A stretch of 38,270 nt of DNA from Eubacteriales bacterium (GCA_031550915.1 JAVBOF010000047.1:1-38270), one strand, 5' to 3'; shown: positions 1-10,168, counted from the first letter of the stretch. The notes: generated from the sequence alone by a model not told the origin. Numbers and translations are program-made.

Positions 1-2251
1 ACCTCTGCTCTTCATCGATTATCAAAAGACCGAGATCTTTAAATGCAACACTTTTATTCAAAAGCCTGTGGGTACCGACTATAACATCGATATTACCCTC
101 TTTAAGCGCTTTAATTATGTTTTTCTGCTCTGTAGCCGTACGGAAGCGGGAAAGCATTTCGTATCTAACAGGGAATCCTTCCATTCTGGAGGAGAGTGTG
201 TTGAAATGCTGCTGGGCAAGGATAGTCGTCGGCACCAATATAGCGCACTGTTTTCCATCCAGCACGGCTTTGAATACGGCGCGCATAGCTACCTCGGTCT
301 TACCGTAGCCCACATCGCCGCAAAGCAGCCGGTCCATGATCTTTGTGCTCTCCATATCATTCTTTATCTCGTCGGCGCATTGCTCCTGATCCGGAGTCTC
401 TTCGTAAGGAAAGCTTTCCTCAAACTGCTTTTGCCAAACCATATCAGGAGAAAATGCATAGCCCTTGATCGCCTGCCTTTTTGCGTATAGGGCTATGAGA
501 TCCATGGCCAGCTGCTTTACGCTCTCGCGTACACGCTGGCTCGTCTTTGCCCATTCGGTGCCGCCGAGCTTTGAAAGCCTTGGTACCGCATCCCCCGCGC
601 CCATATACTTTTGTACTTTGTCCATCTGGTCGGTGGGCACGAAAAGCTTGTCTGTCCCTGCGAACCGTATTTGCATATAATCCCTGGAACGGTTTTCAAA
701 CCGAAGTTTTTCTATGCCTATATACTGGCCTATTCCGTGGCTTTCATGGACGATGTAATCCCCCGGTTTGAGCGATGTGAAAAGATCCATATTCTTGGCC
801 GGCCTGGTTTGAGGCCCCTGTTTTTTCTTTGAGCCAAAAATCTCCTTATCGCTTATAAGCGTTAGCTTGATATCCGAATATTCGCAGCCCTGAGAAAAGG
901 CTTGAGGGCTTATAAATACCTCGCCCGGTCGAACGTCCCGGTCCTGGCTTTCGCCATAAACAGCGTAGATATCGCGTTCGTTAAGCTCATCCTGCAGTCG
1001 CTTGGCCCGGGCGTCACTTCCCGCTGCAAGCACTATGCGCCATTTGTTTTTCTTATAAAAGCTGAGTTTTTCCGCCAAAGCGTCTATGCTGCCGGAAAAC
1101 GAATTTATAAGCTTCGAATCGGATTTTATGATATCTCCTCCAAACCAAGCAGGCCTGCGCTCAATAGAAAAAAATCCGATCCTGTTACGACATCTTATAT
1201 CCAGAAAAAGCTTATCAAAAGAGAGGTATATATCCTCTTGGCAGGGCAGCGCTTCACCACGGTCCAAAAGCGAAGCGAGCTTTGCATTATGGTCTTCAAG
1301 AATGCTTTCTCCGCGCTCCTTCAATCTTGATGGCTCCTCCATTATGACGATGGTATCTTCCGGCATATAGTCGAGCGCCCAGGATGATCCTTCGTACATA
1401 CAGGAAATGAAGTTATCCATATCGTCGAAGTACATACCGGTACGCAGAAAATGTATATATTCCTCCAGTCTCATACCGATATTTCTTGCGGCCGTGCTGC
1501 TTTGAATGTTCCTTCCGAACTGATCTTCAAAATACCATAGCATCCGGTCCAATGCTTTTGGAGCGGGCACTGCTTCCATAGCTGGCATAATGCGGATGCT
1601 ATTCGTATTACCGCAGCTTCGTTGTGTATCCGTATCAAACAGCTTTATTTCGTACAGTTCATCGTCAAAGAAATCAAGCCTTGCGCCATATTCCCAACCC
1701 GTTGGATAGATGTCCAAAATGCCGCCGCGCATCGCGAACTGGCCCTGATCCTGAACGTTATCTACACGGGCATATCCGGTCATCGCCAACTTTTTCGCAG
1801 CTTCGTGCATCTGGATCCTTTGCCCAACGGAAAATTCCGGCATAGCCTGAAAGAAATATTTAGCGGGAGAAAGCCTCTGCATAGCCGATTGTATGCCGGC
1901 TACAATAATGCGGGTCTTGCCTGTAGCAGCCGATCCAAGCGCGGATAAGCGCTTTACCTGCACATCCTTGCTGTGCGCCTGCACCTTGCGAAGCTGGATA
2001 TCTCTTGCAGGCAGGTGTTCGGCAACACCGGGCGAAAAAGCGTTTATATCATCACATAGTCGTATGGCATCCAGTTCATCAAAGGCAAGCAAGAGCAGCG
2101 GATGCTTCTTTGAAAGCGCCACAGCCAAGTGAGCGTGCCCAATTTGGGGCATGCCAATAACCGGGATTGCAGAATTACCCTCCCGTAATGTTTTTTCAAG
2201 CGTCCGATACCGCTCCCATTCTATAATGGGATTTAATAAGGCTTTCTCCAT
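1..2251 (-). CDS. mfd: Transcription-repair coupling factor Mfd, N-terminal ~750 codons (3' part lies beyond the window start)
   Basis: Absent from the ORF track because there is no stop in the window. My reverse-strand translation from the ATG at 2251 gives MEKALLNPIIEWERYRTLEKTLREGNSAIPVIGMPQIGHAHLAVALSKKHPLLLLAFD... It includes a Walker A stretch LCGDVGYGKTE (rc of ~290-320). At the window edge it reads ...IDVIVGTHRLLNKSVAFKDLGLLIIDEEQR (helicase motif II, DEEQ). The reading frame is consistent across 750 codons. It lies directly downstream of pth, as in Bacillus. Confidence 0.93.
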   Translation of the reverse strand, partial: MEKALLNPIIEWERYRTLEKTLREGNSAIPVIGMPQIGHAHLAVALSKKHPLLLLAFDELDAIRLCDDINAFSPGVAEHLPARDIQLRKVQAHSKDVQVKRLSALGSAATGKTRIIVAGIQSAMQRLSPAKYFFQAMPEFSVGQRIQMHEAAKKLAMTGYARVDNVQDQGQFAMRGGILDIYPTGWEYGARLDFFDDELYEIKLFDTDTQRSCGNTNSIRIMPAMEAVPAPKALDRMLWYFEDQFGRNIQSSTAARNIGMRLEEYIHFLRTGMYFDDMDNFISCMYEGSSWALDYMPEDTIVIMEEPSRLKERGESILEDHNAKLASLLDRGEALPCQEDIYLSFDKLFLDIRCRNRIGFFSIERRPAWFGGDIIKSDSKLINSFSGSIDALAEKLSFYKKNKWRIVLAAGSDARAKRLQDELNERDIYAVYGESQDRDVRPGEVFISPQAFSQGCEYSDIKLTLISDKEIFGSKKKQGPQTRPAKNMDLFTSLKPGDYIVHESHGIGQYIGIEKLRFENRSRDYMQIRFAGTDKLFVPTDQMDKVQKYMGAGDAVPRLSKLGGTEWAKTSQRVRESVKQLAMDLIALYAKRQAIKGYAFSPDMVWQKQFEESFPYEETPDQEQCADEIKNDMESTKIMDRLLCGDVGYGKTEVAMRAVFKAVLDGKQCAILVPTTILAQQHFNTLSSRMEGFPVRYEMLSRFRTATEQKNIIKALKEGNIDVIVGTHRLLNKSVAFKDLGLLIIDEEQR

Positions 2252-2286
2252 CAAACCACGCCTGTTTTCTGTAAATTAGATACCGT

Positions 2287-2853
2287 CTATATGGCTCCGT
2301 TGTATTTTGCCTGTGTCGCCTCCACACCCTCTGCAATAATCGATTCCACCGCTTCCGCGGCTCTTTTGAAGGATTCGAACATCGTTTCGTGTAATTCGAC
2401 CGGCGGTTTTGCAAGGACATAATCCGACAATTGCCATTCCGGAGGAGGTTTACCGACCCCTATACGAACCCTTGGAAAATCTTGTGACTCCAAAAGGTAG
2501 ATAACCGAACGCATGCCGTTATGTGTGCCTGCACTGCCGCTTGCGCGTACCCGGATTGTACCCGGCTCCAGATCTATATCGTCATACACCACTATCAGCT
2601 TATCCATATCTACGCCATAGTAGTCCACAAGCGACATAACGCTTTGGCCGCTTTCGTTCATATAGGTCTGCGGCAAAGCAAGTATTATCTTTTCGCCTGC
2701 AATGAAATATTCGCCAATCAAGGCTTTATGAGCTGTTTTTTTTAGCTTTACGCCCCATTTGGCGCATAGTAATTCAACAACGTCAAAGCCGGCGTTATGC
2801 CTTGTGCGGAAATATTTATTTCCGGGATTACCAAGCCCTACGATTATATACAT
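2287..2853 (-). CDS. pth: Peptidyl-tRNA hydrolase
   Basis: ORF 2287..2928 contains MYIIVGLGNPGNKYFRTRHNAGF..., the canonical Pth N-terminus. I place the start at the internal ATG at 2853, because the 25-codon upstream extension overlaps the preceding HAD gene. Confidence 0.93.
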   Translation of the reverse strand: MYIIVGLGNPGNKYFRTRHNAGFDVVELLCAKWGVKLKKTAHKALIGEYFIAGEKIILALPQTYMNESGQSVMSLVDYYGVDMDKLIVVYDDIDLEPGTIRVRASGSAGTHNGMRSVIYLLESQDFPRVRIGVGKPPPEWQLSDYVLAKPPVELHETMFESFKRAAEAVESIIAEGVEATQAKYNGAI

Positions 2854-2875
2854 ATGTTTCTTCCTGCCGTTATCA

Positions 2876-3586
2876 TTACATTTCTTCCAATGCCTTTGCC
2901 CAATCCAGCAGATCCTCGTAATTTCCATGATCGCATTCGATGATCTTCTTCCGGGGGTTTATGCCAAAATTATTTAGGAAAAAAACATCAAAGCCATATT
3001 CTTTCGCAACAATGTCCTCATCAACATTGTTGCCGACCATATAGCATTCTTCCGCCGTTAAACCGGTTTTTTCAAGAATCTCCTGATAATATTCACGGTG
3101 CGGCTTGCAATAGCAGCTGTTTTCAAAACTGGAGATATACTCAAAATCTCCAGGATCAAAACCCGCCCATTTTATCCGTTTATACGTAGCTATCCTTGGA
3201 AAACAGGGATAAGTAGCCAACACCATCCGGTAGCCTTTTGAACGTATAACGTCAACAATCTCCTTTAATAAAGGGGTATGCCTTACTATATTGCATAGCT
3301 CATCAAACTTATACAAATAATACTCGTCTATCTTCTCCAATAGCCCGTCCGTTACCCTCTCATCCTTACGCTTGAATACCTTCACGAACTTGTCAATATT
3401 GGATACATTGGGAGTAAGATCAGCCGCGATCTCCAAAACGCTTGCCGTAATAAGCTCTTCAACAACCTCCGGTTCGATGAAATCACCGATATATTTGCTG
3501 ATCGAACGAAAATAATCCGCGAAAAATTCATCCATGTCCATCGGCAACAGAGTGCCGTCCAAATCGAAAAAGACCGCTTTTTTCAT
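2876..3586 (-). CDS. HAD-superfamily hydrolase (phosphatase-like)
   Basis: 236-aa ORF. HAD motif I is FFDLDGTLL at the N-terminus, and a late MVGNNVDEDI acidic motif is present. Substrate unknown. Confidence 0.8.
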   Translation of the reverse strand: MKKAVFFDLDGTLLPMDMDEFFADYFRSISKYIGDFIEPEVVEELITASVLEIAADLTPNVSNIDKFVKVFKRKDERVTDGLLEKIDEYYLYKFDELCNIVRHTPLLKEIVDVIRSKGYRMVLATYPCFPRIATYKRIKWAGFDPGDFEYISSFENSCYCKPHREYYQEILEKTGLTAEECYMVGNNVDEDIVAKEYGFDVFFLNNFGINPRKKIIECDHGNYEDLLDWAKALEEM

Positions 3587-3842
3587 TCATCCTCCTTTTT
3601 CTTCCCATTACGGAAAAAGAAAAGAAATAAAAGAAATCATTTGTTTGAATCGGAGTTCATTTATTTGCCGGAGCTCAAGCCTGTCGGTGAACAATAGGCT
3701 CGGCACTGGACAAAAAACCAAACCGGCTTCAATATATAATAGTAGAAAGCAGCATATAAAGTCAAACGATAACATGGTTTTGTTAAAGAATATTTCGGCC
3801 TTGATATGAATAAGAATATCCATGGTTGAAAGGAGATCCAGT

Positions 3843-4937
3843 ATGAGGATAAGCAGGCAGCAAAAACAGCAGGATAGAGGATCTAAATGGCATTTTCCTA
3901 AAATAAAATGGGACAGGCGTTACCTAATCATTGGCTTGATACTGGTCTTACTTATAATACTTATTCCAACAACTGCTACAAAATGGGTAAAAAAGCCGGA
4001 GCCTCTGCCCGAATCGACTTATATCAGAATAGATAAGCCAGAACTAAAAGCCGAGCCATACGCCTTGGAACTGAGGCTTTATAATGCAGGCATAGGGAAA
4101 ACGGTGCAGATAGATATTGAAGAATATACCGCGGATGTCGTTTCGGCGGAGATGCCGATGTCTTTTAGCGACGAAGCGTTAAAAGCACAGGCCATAGCCG
4201 CAAGGACGTTTGCCATAAACCATTGCAGGAAACTGGGCGGAAGCGGATGCTCCAAAGGCTCAAAATCAGACGTTTGTTCTGAAAGCGGCAGTTGCCAGGC
4301 CTTTTGTGATATTGATGGCCGCAGGGAAAAATGGGGAGAAAGGTTTCAGGAATATGAAAGCAGGTTGCAGAAGGCTGTTATGGAAACCGCAGGACAGATA
4401 ATGACATATGAAGACAAACCGATCAACGTTTTTTATCACAGCACTTCCGGTGGGATGACAGAGGGCAGCGACAGTGTTTTTGGCGTCGATCTGCCGTATT
4501 ATCAGCCTGTACTGAGCCCTGATGAGGAAAGCTCCTCACGCTTGACTTCGCAAGTCAAGCTGAGTGCCGCGGATTTTATCAAAAAAGTAAAGCGGCAATA
4601 TCCGGATTGCGGACTTTCTGCAGCTTCACTCGAGGACAGCGTTGAGGTTTTGAGCCGCACGGAAGGCGGAAGAGTAGATGAAGCGAGGCTTGGCAAAGCA
4701 GTGATAAGCGGTAAGGAATTCCGCAAGTTGTTTTCGCTGGATTCGGCAAACTTTTCCTTGAGCTTTAACGGCGGAGATATTGTGATAGACAGCCGCGGAT
4801 TTGGGCATGGGGTCGGTATGAGCCAGACCGGAGCAAACGGGATGGCAGAAAACGGTTCAAACTATATTGCGATCTTGGAGCATTATTATATAGGGATAGA
4901 TATCATCAATATGAATGATTTATATGCAGGCAGATAA
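3843..4937 (+). CDS. spoIID: SpoIID/LytB-domain protein, likely stage II sporulation protein D (lytic transglycosylase)
   Basis: ORF 3822..4937. It has an N-terminal TM segment (YLIIGLILVLLIILIP) and the SpoIID-type motifs ALKAQAIAARTFA, FYHSTSGGMTE and GHGVGMSQTGA. The ATG at 3843 is preferred because AAGGAG (3829-3834) sits 8 nt upstream. The 3822 ATG would include that SD in the coding sequence. Confidence 0.8.
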   Translation: MRISRQQKQQDRGSKWHFPKIKWDRRYLIIGLILVLLIILIPTTATKWVKKPEPLPESTYIRIDKPELKAEPYALELRLYNAGIGKTVQIDIEEYTADVVSAEMPMSFSDEALKAQAIAARTFAINHCRKLGGSGCSKGSKSDVCSESGSCQAFCDIDGRREKWGERFQEYESRLQKAVMETAGQIMTYEDKPINVFYHSTSGGMTEGSDSVFGVDLPYYQPVLSPDEESSSRLTSQVKLSAADFIKKVKRQYPDCGLSAASLEDSVEVLSRTEGGRVDEARLGKAVISGKEFRKLFSLDSANFSLSFNGGDIVIDSRGFGHGVGMSQTGANGMAENGSNYIAILEHYYIGIDIINMNDLYAGR

Positions 4938-5021
4938 CCCCGGCATTGCACGGCAAAGCACAAAGTGATAAAATATTTAAATTGAGTGAGCTAAAAGAAT
5001 CGGTCATTTGGAGGCGATATT

Positions 5022-5510
5022 TTGAAAGAAATCGATAAAGCGATTTTGGATATTTTGGAGAAGGATTCCCGGATTACGCCAGATACCATAGCTGCAATGC
5101 TTGGAGAGGATCCCGCGGAGATAGAGCGAATCATAAAAAGGCTGGAAAAAGAAAAGATCCTATTGAGATATACGGCCGTTATAAACAAAGAAAAAGCGGA
5201 AAACTGTGCCCTTGCGCTTATTGAAGTGAAGGTCACGCCGCAGCGCGAATATGGCTTCGATAATTTTGCGAAGCGTATATACGGCTTTGAAGAGGTCATC
5301 TCGGCATTCCTCGTTTCTGGAGATTATGATTATATGCTTCTTGTAAAGGGAGAAAACATACAGCAGATAGCAAATTTCGTTTATGAGAAACTTGCTGTTT
5401 TAGATTATGTATTATCGACCAGTACACATTTTATTCTCAGGAATTACAAGGACCACGGGGTGGTGCTTGTTGAGGAAGAAAAGCAGAAAAGGCTGGTGGT
5501 TTCCCCATGA
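5022..5510 (+). CDS. Lrp/AsnC-family transcriptional regulator
   Basis: 162 aa. N-terminal HTH (DKAILDILEKDSRITPDTIAAMLG) followed by an AsnC-type ligand-binding half. TTG start with GGAGG 7 nt upstream. 4-nt overlap with the next gene. Confidence 0.88.
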   Translation: MKEIDKAILDILEKDSRITPDTIAAMLGEDPAEIERIIKRLEKEKILLRYTAVINKEKAENCALALIEVKVTPQREYGFDNFAKRIYGFEEVISAFLVSGDYDYMLLVKGENIQQIANFVYEKLAVLDYVLSTSTHFILRNYKDHGVVLVEEEKQKRLVVSP

Positions 5511-6682
5511 ACAGCTCCAGATTCATTGCCGCGGGCGTCAACGCCATCCCACCTTCCGGTATCCGGAAGTTTTTTGATATTGCCAACGAAATGGAAGACG
5601 CGATATCGCTTGGCGTCGGTGAGCCGGATTTCGTTACGCCATGGAATGTGCGTGAAGCCGCTATTACATCCATAGAAAAAGGAATGACGCATTATACGTC
5701 CAATCATGGAATGCTGGAATTGCGTGAATACGTTTCCTCGTATATGCAACATCGGTTTGCATTGGATTATACCGTACAGGAGATCGTTATGACCATGGGC
5801 GCCAGCGAGGGGATAGATATAGCCTTGCGCGCGGTTTTGGAGCCGGGTGACGAGGTGCTTGTACCTGCGCCGTCGTACGTTTCCTATTTTCCATGCGTTT
5901 CATTCGCAGGAGGGGTGCCCGTATCGATCGAGACGTTTGAAGAAAATGGCTTTATACTAACGCCGGATCTGCTGGAAAAGAAAATAACTCCCAAAACTAA
6001 GGCGATGGTATTGGCGTACCCGAATAATCCGACCGGCGGGATAATGAAAAGGGAAGAGTTGCAGGCTTTGGCAGACATAATAGTAAGGCATGATATTCTT
6101 GTGATTTCTGATGAGATATACGCAGAGCTTACATATGGCGGGTCAAAGCATGTCAGCTTTGCCGCGCTTGATGGTATGCGGGAAAGAACTATAGTGATAA
6201 ACGGCTTTTCTAAGGCGTTTGCCATGACGGGATGGCGCCTTGGCTTTGTCTGTGCGGATAGGCCGCTTTTGGACGCTATACTGAAGATACACCAATATAC
6301 TGCTCTTTGCGCGCCGATAATGAGTCAGGCCGCCGCGTTGGAAGCTTTAAAGGATGGCTTTGACAATGGCTTTTCAAGGATACGTGAAATGACTATGCAG
6401 TATGATCAGCGCCGCAGGGTAATAGTAAAGGCGTTTAATGATATGGGCCTAAATTGCTTTGAACCTTTGGGAGCTTTCTATGCTTTCCCAAACATCAGTT
6501 CTACCGGGTTGAGCTCTGAGGAGTTCTGTACAAGGCTGTTGATGGAAAAATCGGTAGCCTGTGTTCCCGGAACAGCGTTTGGTTCGTGTGGAGAGGGCTT
6601 TATGCGATGTTCCTATGCTTCGTCGCTGGATAATATCTTCGAAGCATGCAACAGGATAGAAAGCTTTATAAAGGGATTGTAA
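5507..6682 (+). CDS. Class I/II PLP-dependent aminotransferase
   Basis: 391 aa. Motifs YPNNPTG and NGFSKAFAMTGWRLG (PLP lysine). Start overlaps the stop of the Lrp gene (ATGA). Confidence 0.9.
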   Translation: MNSSRFIAAGVNAIPPSGIRKFFDIANEMEDAISLGVGEPDFVTPWNVREAAITSIEKGMTHYTSNHGMLELREYVSSYMQHRFALDYTVQEIVMTMGASEGIDIALRAVLEPGDEVLVPAPSYVSYFPCVSFAGGVPVSIETFEENGFILTPDLLEKKITPKTKAMVLAYPNNPTGGIMKREELQALADIIVRHDILVISDEIYAELTYGGSKHVSFAALDGMRERTIVINGFSKAFAMTGWRLGFVCADRPLLDAILKIHQYTALCAPIMSQAAALEALKDGFDNGFSRIREMTMQYDQRRRVIVKAFNDMGLNCFEPLGAFYAFPNISSTGLSSEEFCTRLLMEKSVACVPGTAFGSCGEGFMRCSYASSLDNIFEACNRIESFIKGL

Positions 6683-6692
6683 AGGGGAACAG

Positions 6693-7553
6693 ATGAATGA
6701 TTTGGGGATCCGGCTTATTGCATTAGACCTTGACGGTACATTGGTCGCCGGAAGAAACAAAGTGAATGACGGGGATATTGCAGCGATAGGGAAGGCGAAA
6801 GCCGCGGGGATAAAGGTAGCTATATGCACAGGCAGGCTGTATAACAGCTGCAGAGAGTTCGCAAAACGACTTGAGCTGAAGTTGCCGGTAATATGCTGCA
6901 ATGGAGCTTGTTTGTGTACCGATGATGAAATCCTCTATTCAGATTATATAAACGACGGGGTACTCGGTTTTTTAGCGGATGAATGCCAGAAACAAAAGGC
7001 TACTTATGCCTGCTTTTTGCATGACGGTGTTAGACTTCTACTTGCGGACCAGACGGAAAAGGAAAAGTGGGGAATGTATCTGGACGGTTACGCTACCAAG
7101 GATGTAAACCTGTTTACAGACAGGGAAGCTTTTTTAGAGGCCATAAGGGGCAAAACGCTTAAAGCGGCGTACATAGATGACGATATAGATTTTCTTGAAA
7201 CTTTGGAAAAAGCTTCAGGTGATAGATATATAATAGAGACAACTTCCTCTTGGCCCAATAACCGTGAGGTGACATCGCGTGGAGTGGATAAGGCTTCGGC
7301 ATTGCAAAAGTTGCTGGATCGTGAAGGCATCGCCTGGGAAAATGTTATGGCCATTGGCGACAGCATGAACGACCATGCTTTGATAAAGGCCGCCGGTATT
7401 GGCGTTGCTATGGGCAACGCGGAGGAGGAGATAAAAGGGCTTGCATCCTATATAACTTTGAAAATTGATGATTGTGGTGTTGCAAACGCCATTGAACAGC
7501 TCATTTTTTCGGATGAAGCCTATAAATATATACTGCGTGAGGCGACGAATTGA
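6693..7553 (+). CDS. Cof-type HAD-IIB family hydrolase (sugar/phospho-metabolite phosphatase)
   Basis: 286 aa. Motif I is LIALDLDGTL, motif IV is GDSMNDHALI. Length and cap region are typical of the Cof subfamily. Confidence 0.85.
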   Translation: MNDLGIRLIALDLDGTLVAGRNKVNDGDIAAIGKAKAAGIKVAICTGRLYNSCREFAKRLELKLPVICCNGACLCTDDEILYSDYINDGVLGFLADECQKQKATYACFLHDGVRLLLADQTEKEKWGMYLDGYATKDVNLFTDREAFLEAIRGKTLKAAYIDDDIDFLETLEKASGDRYIIETTSSWPNNREVTSRGVDKASALQKLLDREGIAWENVMAIGDSMNDHALIKAAGIGVAMGNAEEEIKGLASYITLKIDDCGVANAIEQLIFSDEAYKYILREATN

Positions 7554-8701
7554 AAGACAGCGTTTCACTTAGAGCATGCGATAATTATGAAAGCAATAAT
7601 GTAGATATTGCATTGGAAGCCGCGATACACGATTTGGGGGGCATCGGGGCTTTTGTTCGTCCGGGAATGAGGGTGCTGGTAAAAGCTAATTTGGTAATGA
7701 AAAAGTATCCCGACCAGCACGCAACGACACATCCGCAGATTATCGCGTCAATTTGCAGGCTCGTTACAGCAGCAGGCGGAGAAGCTATTATTGCGGACAG
7801 CCCGGGAGGCCCGTTTACGGAAACGGCGCTTAGGATAGTGTATAACGCAACGGGTATGAGCCGCGCAACGGAGGAATCGGGCGCGAAATTGAGCTATGAT
7901 ACGCGGATGGTTGATGTTGAATATGCCGATGGCAGAGTGCTGAAAAAGATGAAACTCTGCGGCTATCTGGACGGGATAGACTTGGTGATATCCGCAGCAA
8001 AGCTGAAAACTCACAGCATGACGGGCTTTTCCGGCGCGGTCAAAAATATGTTTGGCGCTGTGCCCGGCATGATAAAATTTGAATACCATTATAAAATGCC
8101 GGAACTCAAAAATTTTTCTGACATGCTTTTGGACGTTGCATGCCGAACTAGACCGGAACTCGCCATAATAGACGGTATTTGGGGCATGGAAGGTGAAGGG
8201 CCAACCGCCGGAGACCCTAGAAAGGTCGGCGTTATCATAGCTTCCGCAAACATGCATGCCGCAGATATAGCGGGGTCATACATAATCGGGATGGATCCTT
8301 CGAAGGTATGCACAATACAAAGGGCGGTGGAGCGCGGTATTGTATCGGGAGATATATGCGATCTGGAATTGTTGGGAGATCCGGTTGAAGGCTTTGTTAT
8401 AAACGATTATAAAGCCGCCCCTACCTTTGGAACGACAATAATGCGCGGCAATTTGCCCGGGTTCCTGGCCTCATTTATTGAAAAGCGAATTGAGTGCAGG
8501 CCCCAATTGAAAAATGAGGGTTGTATAGGATGCAATGACTGCATGAGATCCTGCCCGGCCAAGGCTATAGAGATGCGGGAAAGGCGTCCGGCTTTCGATT
8601 ACAGCAGCTGTATAAGGTGTTATTGCTGTCAGGAACTTTGCCCTCAAGGTGCGATAGGGATCAAAAGATCATGGCTGCTGAGGCTATTTGACAGGTTTTG
8701 A
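7550..8701 (+). CDS. DUF362-domain protein with C-terminal 2x[4Fe-4S] ferredoxin-type module (function unknown)
   Basis: 383 aa. The N-terminal architecture (VRPGMRVLVKANLV...) matches what I remember of DUF362. The C-terminus carries CIGCNDCMRSCP and CIRCYCCQELCP cluster motifs. The TTG start overlaps the Cof stop (TTGA). Confidence 0.78.
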   Translation: MKDSVSLRACDNYESNNVDIALEAAIHDLGGIGAFVRPGMRVLVKANLVMKKYPDQHATTHPQIIASICRLVTAAGGEAIIADSPGGPFTETALRIVYNATGMSRATEESGAKLSYDTRMVDVEYADGRVLKKMKLCGYLDGIDLVISAAKLKTHSMTGFSGAVKNMFGAVPGMIKFEYHYKMPELKNFSDMLLDVACRTRPELAIIDGIWGMEGEGPTAGDPRKVGVIIASANMHAADIAGSYIIGMDPSKVCTIQRAVERGIVSGDICDLELLGDPVEGFVINDYKAAPTFGTTIMRGNLPGFLASFIEKRIECRPQLKNEGCIGCNDCMRSCPAKAIEMRERRPAFDYSSCIRCYCCQELCPQGAIGIKRSWLLRLFDRF

Positions 8702-8722
8702 CAACGTATATTGGAGGCCGAT

Positions 8723-9187
8723 TTGTTTAATATAGTTTTATATAATCCGGAAATTCCGCAAAATACCGGAAACATCGTAAGGACTTGCGCCGCTACAAAA
8801 TGTATGCTTCATATAATTGAACCGATGGGTTTTTCCCTTGGAGATAGGTATTTGAAGCGCGCCGGACTTGATTATTGGGATAAGGCAAACTTGAATATGT
8901 ACGGCGGTTATTCGGATTTTTGTGATAAAAACGGCGGCGGGCGGCTTTTTTTCTTATCTACAAAGGGCAAAAAAGCGTATCATGAAGTGAACTATAAGGC
9001 CAACGACTATTTCATCTTTGGCAGGGAAACCGCTGGCTTGCCGCAAGATATTATTAACGCTAATCAAGACAGCGTTTTACGCATACCGATGTTTGAAGGC
9101 ATCAGATCTTTGAACCTAAGCAATTCGGTTGCAATAGTGCTTTACGAAGCCTTGCGGCAAAGTGGATTCACCGGATTTGTAAAGTGA
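8723..9187 (+). CDS. trmL: tRNA (cytidine/uridine-34-2'-O)-methyltransferase, SPOUT family
   Basis: The ORF track starts at 8711. I prefer the TTG at 8723 because GGAGG at 8713-8717 lies 5 nt upstream. That start gives MFNIVLYNPEIPQNTGNIVRTCAAT, a TrmL-like N-terminus. C-terminal knot motif LNLSNSVAIVLYEAL is present. Confidence 0.88.
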   Translation: MFNIVLYNPEIPQNTGNIVRTCAATKCMLHIIEPMGFSLGDRYLKRAGLDYWDKANLNMYGGYSDFCDKNGGGRLFFLSTKGKKAYHEVNYKANDYFIFGRETAGLPQDIINANQDSVLRIPMFEGIRSLNLSNSVAIVLYEALRQSGFTGFVK

Positions 9188-9280
9188 TATCAAAATTGTT
9201 TTCCTTTGATTTCTTGGTTGAGTTTTGATATTATATTAACAATATAGCGGTTCTAGTTAACGAAATTATAATATAGGTGG

Positions 9281-10138
9281 GTGATTCTTTTGCTAAACAA
9301 AGACAAAGAAAAGGAATTGAAGATTTTTGCGGAAAAGATACGCTTAAATGCTTTAAGGTCTATCGGATCGATTGGCGTTGGGCATGTTGGCGGCTCGCTT
9401 TCCGTATGTGATCTCCTAGCCGTCCTTTACAACGGCGTAATGAAATATGATCCCAAAAACCCAAAATGGGAGGGCAGGGATTATCTCGTTATGTCGAAAG
9501 GCCACAGCGGTCCCGGGCTCTACGCGACGCTTGCAATGAAAGGGTTTTTCCCTGTCGATATGCTTGACACGCTGAACCAGTTCGGTACAAATCTTACAAG
9601 CCATTGCGATATGCATAAGACTCCCGGCGTAGACTGTACAACGGGTTCGCTTGGCCAGGGGAGCTCGATGGCTGCCGGTATGGCGCTTGGTTTGAAAAAG
9701 AATGGCTTGCCTAATTATGTATATTTGGTACTTGGTGACGGGGAGATACAGGAAGGCCAGGTTTGGGAAATGGCGTTGTTCGCCGCACACCAAAAGCTGG
9801 ATAACCTCATAGCTTTTGTAGATTACAATAAGCAACAACTTGATGGCTATACGAAGGATATCAACGACCTTGGCGATATTGCGGCCAAGTATGAGGAATT
9901 TGGCTGGTTCGCGCAGAATATTGATGGGCATAACGTTACCGAAATAAACGACGCGATCGAAAAGGCGCAACAAAACAAAGGCAAGCCGAGTATGATCGTT
10001 TTGAATACCATAAAAGGTAAAGGCTGGAGCGGGTCCGAAGGCATATTGAAAAACCACAGCATGACGTTTTTAAAGGAAGATTTTGAAAAAGCGTCTGCGG
10101 AAATATCCGCGAAGATCGCCGGGCTTGAAAAAGCTTGA
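9281..10138 (+). CDS. Transketolase, N-terminal (TPP-binding) subunit of a split enzyme
   Basis: 285 aa. Motifs GHVGGSLS and GDGEIQEGQVWE (TPP/Mg motif). The true start may be the TTG at 9290, 9 nt after AGGTGG. Confidence 0.9.
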   Translation: MILLLNKDKEKELKIFAEKIRLNALRSIGSIGVGHVGGSLSVCDLLAVLYNGVMKYDPKNPKWEGRDYLVMSKGHSGPGLYATLAMKGFFPVDMLDTLNQFGTNLTSHCDMHKTPGVDCTTGSLGQGSSMAAGMALGLKKNGLPNYVYLVLGDGEIQEGQVWEMALFAAHQKLDNLIAFVDYNKQQLDGYTKDINDLGDIAAKYEEFGWFAQNIDGHNVTEINDAIEKAQQNKGKPSMIVLNTIKGKGWSGSEGILKNHSMTFLKEDFEKASAEISAKIAGLEKA

Positions 10139-10168
10139 CCAATTATTAAGTAATGGATGGTGAAACAT

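Noticed and set aside
68-2132. Multiple 60-140-codon plus-strand ORFs at the left end
   Set aside because: All are antisense or out of frame relative to the continuous mfd reading frame on the minus strand, which carries clear Mfd helicase motifs.
2854-2928. 25-codon N-terminal extension of the pth ORF
   Set aside because: It overlaps the HAD gene's 3' end. Pth homologues begin at MYIIVGLGNPG.
3587-3842. Sigma-E-type promoter upstream of spoIID
   Set aside because: A CATATAAA element and nearby ATATA-rich sequence exist around 3730-3760. I could not fit both -35 and -10 consensus elements at the correct spacing, so no call is made.
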